The notes under the pieces are model-generated. The model did no database searches, was not told the DNA's origin, and was given only the letters and a program-made list of their open reading frames with translations. A stretch of DNA of 64,000 nucleotides, taken from positions 2,368,001-2,432,000 of the forward strand of contig OZ253564.1 in assembly GCA_965262915.1 (NCBI GenBank), in the 5' to 3' direction. Both the position numbers and the translations under genes were made by a program. Source of the stretch: Candidatus Spongiisociaceae bacterium. Lineage in GTDB: Bacteria; Actinomycetota; Acidimicrobiia; Spongiisociales; Spongiisociaceae. Positions 48,141-56,452 of the stretch are shown here, one piece after another (position 1 is the first letter of the stretch; every line of letters begins with the position of its first letter).

Positions 48141-49395
48141 TCACCCTTTCCCGGTTTTCTCCACTCCGCACCACGACGCCACGAAGTGCGCCAGGGTGCG
48201 GGTCGCGGAGGTCAACTCCTGGATCGGGAGCCGTTCGAACGGGGTGTGACAGGTCGCTATGTCTCCGGGGGCGAAGTAGACGCCGGGAATCCCCGCCGCC
48301 CCCAGGAGTGGTTTCTCGGACCAGTAGGGGGCGCCCTCGATCCGGGCCGGCCTCCCCGTGGTCCGTTCTATCGAGTTCATCAGTGCGGAGACGCCCGGAT
48401 GGTCCGGCGGAACCTCGTCCGGCATCCCCCCACGGCGTGATCCCTGGGTGCTGAGAAGACCACCTCGGCGGAGACTCCGTGGTCTTCGGACACCCTTGCC
48501 GCGATCGTGCGCAACGCGGCGGCTTGGTAGTCGAGGTCGTCGCCGGGCAGAAGTTTCTGGATGAGCGACAGTCGGAACTCGCCGGGAACCGCGATGTTGC
48601 CCCCGCCTCGACCGAGGTGACCAGCAGGAAGCGTCTGCCCAGGAGATCGTGGGGCGGGCCCTCCTGCAGCCTCGCGTTGTGATCCCAGAGTTCGCCGAGC
48701 AGGGAGTGACCCGCCCGCAGCGCGTCAACTCCGAGTTCGGGTGTCCCGAAGTAGGCCGAGCGGCCGGCCAGCGTGATGTCGGCGATCAGGAACCCCATCT
48801 GGGCGGTGTAGATGGCCCCGGTGGTCGGCACGGTGTAGATCGCGAACTCGGGAACCGGCCCGGGGCTGTCGAACAGGTGCGAGACAGCGGCGCGCATGCC
48901 TACGGAGAGGCCGCTGCCGGGCTGCCCGGACTCCTCGTCGCACACGAGTACCCCCGTGAGCGGGCCGGCCAGGCGGTAGCCCGTCCGGTCGACCGCCCTG
49001 ACCGCCTCGATGATCGAACAGACCCCCGCCTTCTGGTCGGTGGCTCCCCGGGCCCATATCTCGCCGTCGACGATGTGTCCGGCGAAGGGGTCGGCCCGGT
49101 CGGTCCCGGACCACTCGCGGTCCCAGTCATCGGCGTGCACGGTGTCCAGATGCCCGGCCAGCACCAGGGACCGTCCTCCGGCTCCTCCCGTCCCGGCGTA
49201 GACGTTGGGCCGTCCGGGTTCCGCTTCGACCAGGCGGACCCGGTTCTAGGCTCCCTCCTCGAGCTGCGTCCTGGCCCATTCGGCGAAAGCCATCTCGCCG
49301 GGCGTGACGCTGGGGATCCGCACTGCTTCCAGCACCAGCCCGACCAGTGCCTCCTGGTCGACGACGGCGGCAACCTCGTCGGGGGGCGAACTCAT
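48141..49395 (-). pseudogene. M20 metallopeptidase (ArgE/DapE-like deacylase) with a nonsense codon and two frameshifts
   Basis: LAGHLDTV, RGATDQKAG, CDEE, CHTPFER; TAG at 49246-49248, -1 shifts in G runs at about 48600 and 48426. Confidence 0.82.
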
Positions 49396-50597
49396 GATCT
49401 GTCCGCCCGGCCCAGGCGGCCGCGCACGAAGGTGGTCCTTACCGAGGCGCGAGCGGCGGAGACCGCGCCCAGGAAGGCGGCCCGGTTGCCCAGCGCCGAG
49501 GGGACCACTTCCGGCGTTTCGTCCAGGTGGCGATCCAGCTTGGAGCGGACCGCGTCGACGAAGATGGGATTGGAACCCACCCCACCCCCGAAGACGACCC
49601 GGGCCGGATCGGTGATCCAGCACAGGGAGGCCACCGCCGCTGCCATCGCCTCGGCGGCGATGCCGAGAGCCTTGGACGCGGCATCGTCCCCGAGAGACGC
49701 CGCGAGGAGGAGCTCCGAGACCTCGGCATCGCGCTCGAGACGGGATGGGCGCCCGGCGTCCAGCGACTGCCTGAAACGCTTGCGGATAGCCGGTGCGGAG
49801 GCGACGTCCTCGAGCGTGAGGCGCGGTCGCTCCTGGTGGGCGGCTCCCGAGATGTGGACCGATCCGAGCTCTCCGGCGGCTCCATGGCCTCCCCGGTAGA
49901 GTCTCCCGTCCATGACCAGGCCGGCGCCGATTCCCGTGCCGACCGAGATAGCTACGAAGTCGAGCCCGCCCCGGTCGTCCATCTCCTCCGCTTCCGCCAC
50001 GGCGGCCAGGTTGACGTCGTTCTCGATGGTGACCGGTACGCCGAGCCGCTGGGTCAGCTCCGTCCGGATAGGCAGGTCGGCAAACACGGGCAGGTTGGGC
50101 GACATCTCGACCCGATCCGATGCGGGCCGGTAGACGCCGGGCACACCCACGCAGCCGGATTCCAGGAGGTGCCCCCTCTCCCCCAGGTCCCCGAGCAGGC
50201 GGGTGGTGGTTTCCACTACGGCTTCCACCGCGGCCCGGGCATCGGAAGCGGTCCCGATACGGTCCTCCGCCAGGACCCGTCCGAGCAGATCGGCGATACC
50301 CACGATGATCTTGGTGGCGCCCATGTCCACGCCCACCACCAGCGCGGCATCCGGAACCAGCGCGTACGGCGTGGCGGGCCGCCCGATCCGACCTTGCGAA
50401 CGTTCCTGCGGGTTGACGCTTACCACGCCGGCGTGCTCGAGGTCGGAGACCAGCGCGGACACGGTCGGCTTCGACAGCCCGGTCCGGCGGGCCAGCGTGG
50501 CGCGTGAGATCGGGAAAGGGGCAGCTTCCATGAACTCGTCGAAGACCGCCTGGCCGTTGCGGAGGCGAAGCGCCCAGGGCCCGGATCCGTCGATCAC
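49392..50597 (-). CDS. ROK family transcriptional regulator
   Basis: SRATLARRTGLSKPTVS HTH, GRPA, GVDMG, IENDVNLAA.AE, GTGIGAG, GAAGELG. Confidence 0.92.
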   Translation of the reverse strand: MIDGSGPWALRLRNGQAVFDEFMEAAPFPISRATLARRTGLSKPTVSALVSDLEHAGVVSVNPQERSQGRIGRPATPYALVPDAALVVGVDMGATKIIVGIADLLGRVLAEDRIGTASDARAAVEAVVETTTRLLGDLGERGHLLESGCVGVPGVYRPASDRVEMSPNLPVFADLPIRTELTQRLGVPVTIENDVNLAAVAEAEEMDDRGGLDFVAISVGTGIGAGLVMDGRLYRGGHGAAGELGSVHISGAAHQERPRLTLEDVASAPAIRKRFRQSLDAGRPSRLERDAEVSELLLAASLGDDAASKALGIAAEAMAAAVASLCWITDPARVVFGGGVGSNPIFVDAVRSKLDRHLDETPEVVPSALGNRAAFLGAVSAARASVRTTFVRGRLGRADRS

Positions 50598-50778
50598 TTG
50601 TCGAGGGGCTCCGGGTGACGGTGCTGGGCGTCATGCCATGCAGGAGTCCGTATGCCCCGGCCGGCCCGCCGGCACCGGGAGATATGGGTGTCAGACGTCA
50701 TTCGCATCCTCGTGATCCATCAGAAGCGCGGCCGCGTTGTTCGAGCACGGGGCTGGCGCTTGCCGATTCCCGAGGCGT

Positions 50779-50821
50779 ATTCTCACCCCATGTGAGTTAG
50801 TTTGTCAAGTTGCCTTACTAA
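50779..50821 (-). promoter_or_regulatory. Promoter (TTGACA-N18-GAGAAT) overlapped by a ROK/XylR-type operator
   Basis: TTAGTTTGTCAAGTTGCCTTACTAA at 50797-50821 (TTAGT...ACTAA dyad) contains the minus-strand -35 TTGACA. Confidence 0.65.
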
Positions 50822-51049
50822 TCGAACCCGGATCGCATCGCTGAGGACGCGACAGCGGGTTGGAGAGCGCGGACAGGGTGTCTCGGTAGCGGACCGAGCG
50901 GTACGTGGGCGGTGTACGACGCCGAGACCGCCCTAGCCAAACTCGAGGATGCGGGACCCGGGTAGCGTTCGTCTTCTCATAGCCGGCGGACGTGGACCGG
51001 AGGCCCCCCGGCGATCAGGTCGTGTGACGGTGACCGCGTGCCACGGCAA

Positions 51050-51505
51050 CTACAGGTTCCGATAGTACGTGAAGTTCACTGCTGCGCTCTTCTCCATCGC
51101 CGCCGCGTACAATTCCAGATCTACAGTCAGCAATGGAGTTTCCGGTCCGACAGCCTCGAGCAGCGCCGCGTCACCGAGTCCGAGCCGTACGAACCGGTCA
51201 TTGCGGGAGGCTTGGACACTGGCAATGACAACCTCCCTGCTATCAGAAATAAGTGATCCAAGGCCGCGTATGAATGCGGAACGCTCCGGGTCCCGGTGTT
51301 GCGCGAGAAGATTAGATGTTTCCGTCAGCGTATTTGGTGTCACGAATACACACTTCACGCTCTCCAACATCTCATAGAGTATAGTGTAGTCCTCTTCGGA
51401 GAACTCTTGCAGGCGGCGGTGCTTACGTATTAGGAACTTATTCACACTGCCTACGACGAACAACGTGAGCAGGTTAGCATCTATGAAGTACCCTACTGGA
51501 GGCAC
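51050..51505 (-). CDS. PIN domain-containing protein
   Basis: FIDANLL.L.VVG, TPNTLTETSNL, LGLGDAALL, LLTVD..LY; lower GC than flanks. Confidence 0.82.
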   Translation of the reverse strand: MPPVGYFIDANLLTLFVVGSVNKFLIRKHRRLQEFSEEDYTILYEMLESVKCVFVTPNTLTETSNLLAQHRDPERSAFIRGLGSLISDSREVVIASVQASRNDRFVRLGLGDAALLEAVGPETPLLTVDLELYAAAMEKSAAVNFTYYRNL

Positions 51506-51510
51506 TACGT

Positions 51511-51789
51511 CTAACTTGTAGGCGTGGGTAGAACGCGGTCGGTCAGCGATATAACCTTACCTAGTTGATCAATAGTTACAACTTTGTATGTTCGTTTCTT
51601 AGCAGCTTCGAACATAGTTAGTACAGGCCTAGCCTGCTCCCATTCCCTCGAGAAACCAATTGTTATTAACCAGTTTTGGGACACGATATCGAACTTGACT
51701 TCTTCAAGGCCTATGTCCCATATCTTTTCGTCATCGAAGAGATAGATGACATGTTGTTTCGCCGCCTTTACGGCTTCCTTGATGTCCAT
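51511..51789 (-). CDS. Small hypothetical protein upstream of the PIN gene (putative partner)
   Basis: MDIKEAVKAAKQH...GLEEVKFD...WLITIGFSR...RTYKVV; GGAGGGAG RBS; low GC. Confidence 0.72.
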   Translation of the reverse strand: MDIKEAVKAAKQHVIYLFDDEKIWDIGLEEVKFDIVSQNWLITIGFSREWEQARPVLTMFEAAKKRTYKVVTIDQLGKVISLTDRVLPTPTS

Positions 51790-51906
51790 TCTCCCTCCAT
51801 AGTGTTCGGGCGTCCCACCTACCAATTGTACATCCTCGGACCATCGTGGGGAAGATGGGCAACATCGCAGCTCGGATCCGTCTGTGGAGCCGAGCGCTCT
51901 TGACGC

Positions 51907-53505
51907 TTAGGTCGGTAGGGAGAGGGACTGTGCAACCTCTCGGAGTTCTCGGGCGTGGCGGTAGCCGCGGTCGGAGTCTGGCAGGCCGGACAGCATCCGG
52001 GACAGTTCCCGGAGTCGTTCCTCCTCGTCGAGGGTCCGGGCGGTGGCTTTGGGTCCGTCCCGCTCGACGACGATATGGGTCTCGGCGTAGGCGGCCACCT
52101 GCGGGAGGTGGCTCACGCACAACGCTTGGCGGTCCGCGGCGAGACGTGCCAGCTTCGCCCCCATCGCCAGAGCGGTGGCGCCGCCCACACCGGCGTCGAT
52201 CTCGTCGAAGGCCACCAAGCGGGCGTCGCCCGACCCCGACGCGAGGCGGAGGGAGAGTACCAGGCGGCTCAATTCCCCCCCGGATGCGACCTTCGCGACC
52301 GGTCCCACCGGCAGCCGGGAGTCGGAGGAGAACAGCAGGTCCAGGGTGTCGGCGCCGGTGGCCCGGGGCGGTGCCTCCCCGACCTCGATACGGATCACAG
52401 GGTCGCCGAAGCCGAGCTCGCGCAGGTGGGCGGTGGCCTCCCCGACTATCCGAGTTGCGGCCTCCTGCCGGGCGGTGCGCAGGGTGCTTCCCGACGCCTC
52501 CAAGTGCCGGGAAGCGGTTGCGCGGTCGGCGTCGATCGTGGCCGCTCGTTCGAGTAGGCCTTCCACTTCGGCGTGCCGACCGCGTGCGTTGTCCCGGAAA
52601 GTCAGGATCTCCGCGATCCCTGCTCCGTACTTGCGGCGTAGGTCCCCCAGCAGGGCGAGGCGTTCGTTGACCGATGCGAGGGCTCGGGGATCGGCATCTA
52701 TGTCCTCCCACGCCTCACGGGTGACGGTCATGGCCTCGGTGATCGTGGCGTCGAGACCCTCCAGCATCTCCAGCAGGCCGTCCTGGGAGGGATCGAGGTC
52801 GTATACCCGCCGGACCGCTCCGACCGCGGGTCCGACCCGGTCCCGCGCCGCGGCCAGATCCCGACGTGTTCCGGCCAGCAACTCCCGTATTTCCTCGGCG
52901 TTCCCGAGGCGGTTGGCGAGCTGTTCGAGCTCCTCGTCCTCTCCGATCCGGAATCCGGCCTGCTCTATCTCACGTATCTGGTAGGTCAGAAGGTCCATCT
53001 CGCGTTCCAGGGCCCGAAGGTCGCCTCCGAGGCTCGCCGCGGCCGATTCCAGTTCCCTGGCCCGGTTCCAAGCCGAGCGGTAGGCCACCAGGTGGTCGGG
53101 TGACTCGAGTCGGAGATCTATCAGGTTCCGGAGCGATCTGGGGCGGGTCAGCGACAGCGGATCGTGCTGTCCCACGATCTCTACGGATCCCTCCAGGCGC
53201 TCGGAGAGGACCCGGGCCGGGACCATCCCTCCGTTGATGTACGACCGGCTCCCGCGGCCATGGATCCGCCGGGAGACGATCAGCTCCTTGCCATCCACCA
53301 GGAACCTCCCCTCGACGGTCGCCTCGGTTCCGTGCGGTCCGATGAGGCCCGAGCGGGCCGGCGCCCCCATCAGCAGCCTGAGGGCGCCCAGGAGGAGTGT
53401 CTTGCCGGCGCCGGTCTCGCCGCTCACCACCACCATGCCGGGACCCGGTTCGATCCGGGCCGACGCGATGATGCCGAGGTTGGTCACCGACAGCTCGTCA
53501 AGCAT
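51907..53505 (-). CDS. recN: DNA repair protein RecN
   Basis: GETGAGKT, VGQHD, KVASGGELSR, FDEIDAGVGG, SHLPQVAA. Confidence 0.95.
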   Translation of the reverse strand: MLDELSVTNLGIIASARIEPGPGMVVVSGETGAGKTLLLGALRLLMGAPARSGLIGPHGTEATVEGRFLVDGKELIVSRRIHGRGSRSYINGGMVPARVLSERLEGSVEIVGQHDPLSLTRPRSLRNLIDLRLESPDHLVAYRSAWNRARELESAAASLGGDLRALEREMDLLTYQIREIEQAGFRIGEDEELEQLANRLGNAEEIRELLAGTRRDLAAARDRVGPAVGAVRRVYDLDPSQDGLLEMLEGLDATITEAMTVTREAWEDIDADPRALASVNERLALLGDLRRKYGAGIAEILTFRDNARGRHAEVEGLLERAATIDADRATASRHLEASGSTLRTARQEAATRIVGEATAHLRELGFGDPVIRIEVGEAPPRATGADTLDLLFSSDSRLPVGPVAKVASGGELSRLVLSLRLASGSGDARLVAFDEIDAGVGGATALAMGAKLARLAADRQALCVSHLPQVAAYAETHIVVERDGPKATARTLDEEERLRELSRMLSGLPDSDRGYRHARELREVAQSLSLPT

Positions 53506-53508
53506 CGG

Positions 53509-54330
53509 TCACGCCAGCGAGAACTTCTGCTTGACCGTGGTGGGGAAGGATCGGTCGGTGAGCCTCACGAAGGCGACCCGTCCGGCGCCCTCCACCTCGA
53601 CAGCTCCGCCGGGCTGCACGGTGGCGATCTCGATGCCGTCCACTCCCACCGCCACCGAGCGGTCCTCGACTACCTCGAAGCGGAGCCGTCGACCGGGTGG
53701 GAAGACCATGGCGCGGGCGAACAGGGAGTGGGGAGCGACGGGGGTCATGACCAGCGCGTCGAGGGTGGGATCGACCAGGGGTCCGCCTGCCGACAGGTTG
53801 TACGCGGTCGAACCGGTAGGGGTCGCGATGACCACCCCGTCCGCCCGGTAGGTGATGAAGGGTTCGCCGTCTATGGACACGGCCAGCTGCACGGTGCGCT
53901 GGTTCTGCACCTTCTCGATCACCACGTCGTTGAGCCCCATGATCGGCGGTGATCCATCCACCGAGGCGGCCAGCAGCATCCGTTCGGACGTGTACCACCT
54001 ACCGGAGGTCAGCTGTTCGAGGATGATGGGCAGGTCGTGGGGGGCGCCCTCGGCCAGGAATCCCAGCCGGCCGTCGTTGATACCGAAGATCGGGGCGCCG
54101 CTCCCCCGGCCGATCCGCACCGCTTTCAGGACCGTCCCGTCCCCTCCGATCGCCACCACCAGGTCGAGACCCGCCTCGGGCTCGAAGCCGGTCGGCGCCA
54201 CCCCGATGTCGGGGGCGGCATCCGATGACGCCACGATCTCGACCCCGTGGTCCCGGGCCTCGGCGGCCAGGTCACGAGCGAGGTTCATGGAGTGCTGCCG
54301 GCCGATGTGGGGGACGAGCGCGATCCTCAC
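53509..54330 (-). CDS. nadK: NAD kinase
   Basis: GGDGT.L, GRLGFL, LND, ADG...ATPTGSTAYNLSAGGP; GTG overlaps the tlyA stop. Confidence 0.93.
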   Translation of the reverse strand: MRIALVPHIGRQHSMNLARDLAAEARDHGVEIVASSDAAPDIGVAPTGFEPEAGLDLVVAIGGDGTVLKAVRIGRGSGAPIFGINDGRLGFLAEGAPHDLPIILEQLTSGRWYTSERMLLAASVDGSPPIMGLNDVVIEKVQNQRTVQLAVSIDGEPFITYRADGVVIATPTGSTAYNLSAGGPLVDPTLDALVMTPVAPHSLFARAMVFPPGRRLRFEVVEDRSVAVGVDGIEIATVQPGGAVEVEGAGRVAFVRLTDRSFPTTVKQKFSLA

Positions 54331-55100
54331 CGGGCGGCCTCCCGCACCTGTTCGAGGTCGGCGAGATTGGGTCCGTGCCGGAACAGCCCGAGCACCTCGC
54401 GGTTCCCGTTGGCGCCTTTCAGGGGCGACCGCATCACGGCGACGGCGCCCAGGTCCGATCCGTCCAGACCGGTGATCGTGTCCAGGACCGCCTGCACACG
54501 TGTCTCGTCGTCCCTCAGCACGCCGCGACGGTCCACCGCTCCGCGCCCCGCCTCGAACTGGGGCTTGATGAGCAGCACGTAGTCGGTGCGGTGATCCCCC
54601 AGATCGACCAGCACCCGGGCGATGGTACGGAGCGAGATGAACGAGACGTCGGTGACCACCAGATCGAAGGGTGCCCCCAGACCGCCCGGATCGGCGTAGC
54701 GGATGTTGGTACGTTCCACGACGGTGACCCGCGGGTCGTTCCGCAATCGCAAATGCAGCTGCCCGTACCCGACATCGACCGCCACCACCCGGCTCGCGCC
54801 GTGCTTGAGCAGGCAGTCCGTGAAGCCGCCGGTGGAGGCGCCCACGTCGATGGCTCGGCACCCCTCCACCCTGATCCCGAAGTCCCGGAGGGCCGCCTCA
54901 AGCTTGAGGCCGCCCCGGCTCACGTAGCGGGGGCCGTGAGCGACCATGCGCACCGCGGTTCCCGCCTCGACCAGCGTGGCCGGCTTGGGGAGGGGGGTTC
55001 CCGCCACCACCACCTTGCCGGCCCGGATGGCGTGGGCCGCGGCGGTACGCGACTCGACCAGGCGGCGCCGGACCATCTCCACATCGAGCCTCCGCCTCAA
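54327..55100 (-). CDS. tlyA: TlyA family rRNA 2'-O-methyltransferase
   Basis: RRRLD S4 domain, YVSRGGLKL, DVGASTGGFTDCLL, DVSFISL, KPQFE. Confidence 0.95.
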   Translation of the reverse strand: MRRRLDVEMVRRRLVESRTAAAHAIRAGKVVVAGTPLPKPATLVEAGTAVRMVAHGPRYVSRGGLKLEAALRDFGIRVEGCRAIDVGASTGGFTDCLLKHGASRVVAVDVGYGQLHLRLRNDPRVTVVERTNIRYADPGGLGAPFDLVVTDVSFISLRTIARVLVDLGDHRTDYVLLIKPQFEAGRGAVDRRGVLRDDETRVQAVLDTITGLDGSDLGAVAVMRSPLKGANGNREVLGLFRHGPNLADLEQVREAAR

Positions 55101-55342
55101 GGCGAACCCCCCTCGGCGGGGCCGTCTGCGGCACGGACCAGCGAGTCGAGCAACTCCTGCGCCGCGGGCGCGCGGGTACCGTCCAGCCGGGCAGCCAGCA
55201 ACTCGGCCAGGGCGGCAGCCGGAGCGGGTGCGTCCGCCGCGTCGCCCTGCTCGATGGCGGCCAGGTAGGAGACGTGGGGCTCTTCGGCCACGCCGTCGCC
55301 CTCGCCGCCCGTTCGGCGTGAGGTCTCGTCTTGTGGGTTCAT
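55097..55342 (-). CDS. Small acidic hypothetical protein coupled to tlyA
   Basis: MNPQDETSRR...; its TGA overlaps the tlyA TTG (TTGA). Confidence 0.5.
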   Translation of the reverse strand: MNPQDETSRRTGGEGDGVAEEPHVSYLAAIEQGDAADAPAPAAALAELLAARLDGTRAPAAQELLDSLVRAADGPAEGGSP

Positions 55343-55673
55343 GGTCGCATTATTGCGCGCCATTCCGGGTTGTCTACCCTCGGCAGGGATCGATCCTCCC
55401 CCATGGCCTCGACGGTAGCGCTCCATAGGCGGTCCGCTCCCGTATGATCGGTGGGGAACTAGTGGTCTGTCTGTGAAATGGCTGCGGGGTATGCGCCGGC
55501 AGCGGCGTTCCTCGCAAGGCCCGCCGACGAAGGCGTACCCACAGCGGTATGTCGAGGAGGTGGAACGCAGCGAGGGGCGTCGATGGCTGCCAGAGCACGC
55601 CAAGTTGTTTTGCAGACAGACCACTAAAGACGCCGAGACCCCATCCGAATCCGAGAGCCGCCGGACACATCCC

Positions 55674-56426
55674 ATGATCCCCCTTCGAGACATCAACCCG
55701 TCGTTGAGAACCCCGGTCGTGACGTTCCTGCTCGTGGTGGCGTCGGTGGGTGTGTACCTGTTCGTCCAGCCGGCCGATCCGGCGGACGAGCTGGACTTCC
55801 TGTACCGCCAGGCCGCCATAGCCTGCGAGCTGACCACCGCCGAGGCGCTGTCCCCCGACGAGATCCAACGGGGCGACTGTGAGGACGGTGGGAGCGCACC
55901 GCTCCATCCCGACAAGCCCCTCGAGCTGAGCGTGATCGTCTCGATGTTCCTGCACGGAGGTCTGATTCATCTGATCGGCAACATGTGGAGCCTTTTCCTG
56001 TTCGGCAACAACGTCGAGGACGCCTACGGGCGGCTCGGTTACCTGATCTTCTACCTGGTCTCGGGAGTGGTGGCCACCTTCGGGTTCGTCCTGCTCAACC
56101 CCGGCACCACCGTGCCTCTCGTGGGAGCTTCGGGCGCCATCGCCGGGGTGATGGGTGCCTACCTGGTGCTGTTCCCGCACGCCCGGGTGGTGAGCGTGTT
56201 CCCGCTGCTGTTCTTCATCCCGTTCACCATCTCGGCCGGGTGGTTCCTGCTGGTGTGGTTCGCCGGCCAGTTCGCCCTCACCGCCGTCGAGACCGGTATC
56301 GCCTGGGAGGCGCACGTGGCGGGTTTCCTGTTCGGGATGCTGATCACCCTGGTGGCCCGCCGACCACTGCTGCAGCGCATAGCCAGGCTCGAGCGGAAGC
56401 GCATGGCCCGTCTCGGCTACGGGTGA
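55674..56426 (+). CDS. Rhomboid family intramembrane serine protease
   Basis: MIPLRDINP, SMFLHGG..H..GNM..L..FGNNVED, GASGAIAG, AHVAGF. Confidence 0.92.
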   Translation: MIPLRDINPSLRTPVVTFLLVVASVGVYLFVQPADPADELDFLYRQAAIACELTTAEALSPDEIQRGDCEDGGSAPLHPDKPLELSVIVSMFLHGGLIHLIGNMWSLFLFGNNVEDAYGRLGYLIFYLVSGVVATFGFVLLNPGTTVPLVGASGAIAGVMGAYLVLFPHARVVSVFPLLFFIPFTISAGWFLLVWFAGQFALTAVETGIAWEAHVAGFLFGMLITLVARRPLLQRIARLERKRMARLGYG

Positions 56427-56452
56427 GCGAGTTTCCGAGCGTTGATCGGCGG

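Noticed and set aside
46951-49164. 737-aa ORF suggesting an M20 peptidase/binding-protein fusion
   Set aside because: Produced by a frameshift in the M20 pseudogene; the binding protein has its own RBS, ATG (48126) and lipobox
49246-49248. In-frame TAG as pyrrolysine or recoding signal
   Set aside because: Accompanied by frameshifts and a motif substitution; no pyl genes seen and other genes here end in TAG normally
50890-50965. Short frame VYDAETALAKLEDAGPG*, possibly another toxin-gene remnant
   Set aside because: Too short to assign without a search
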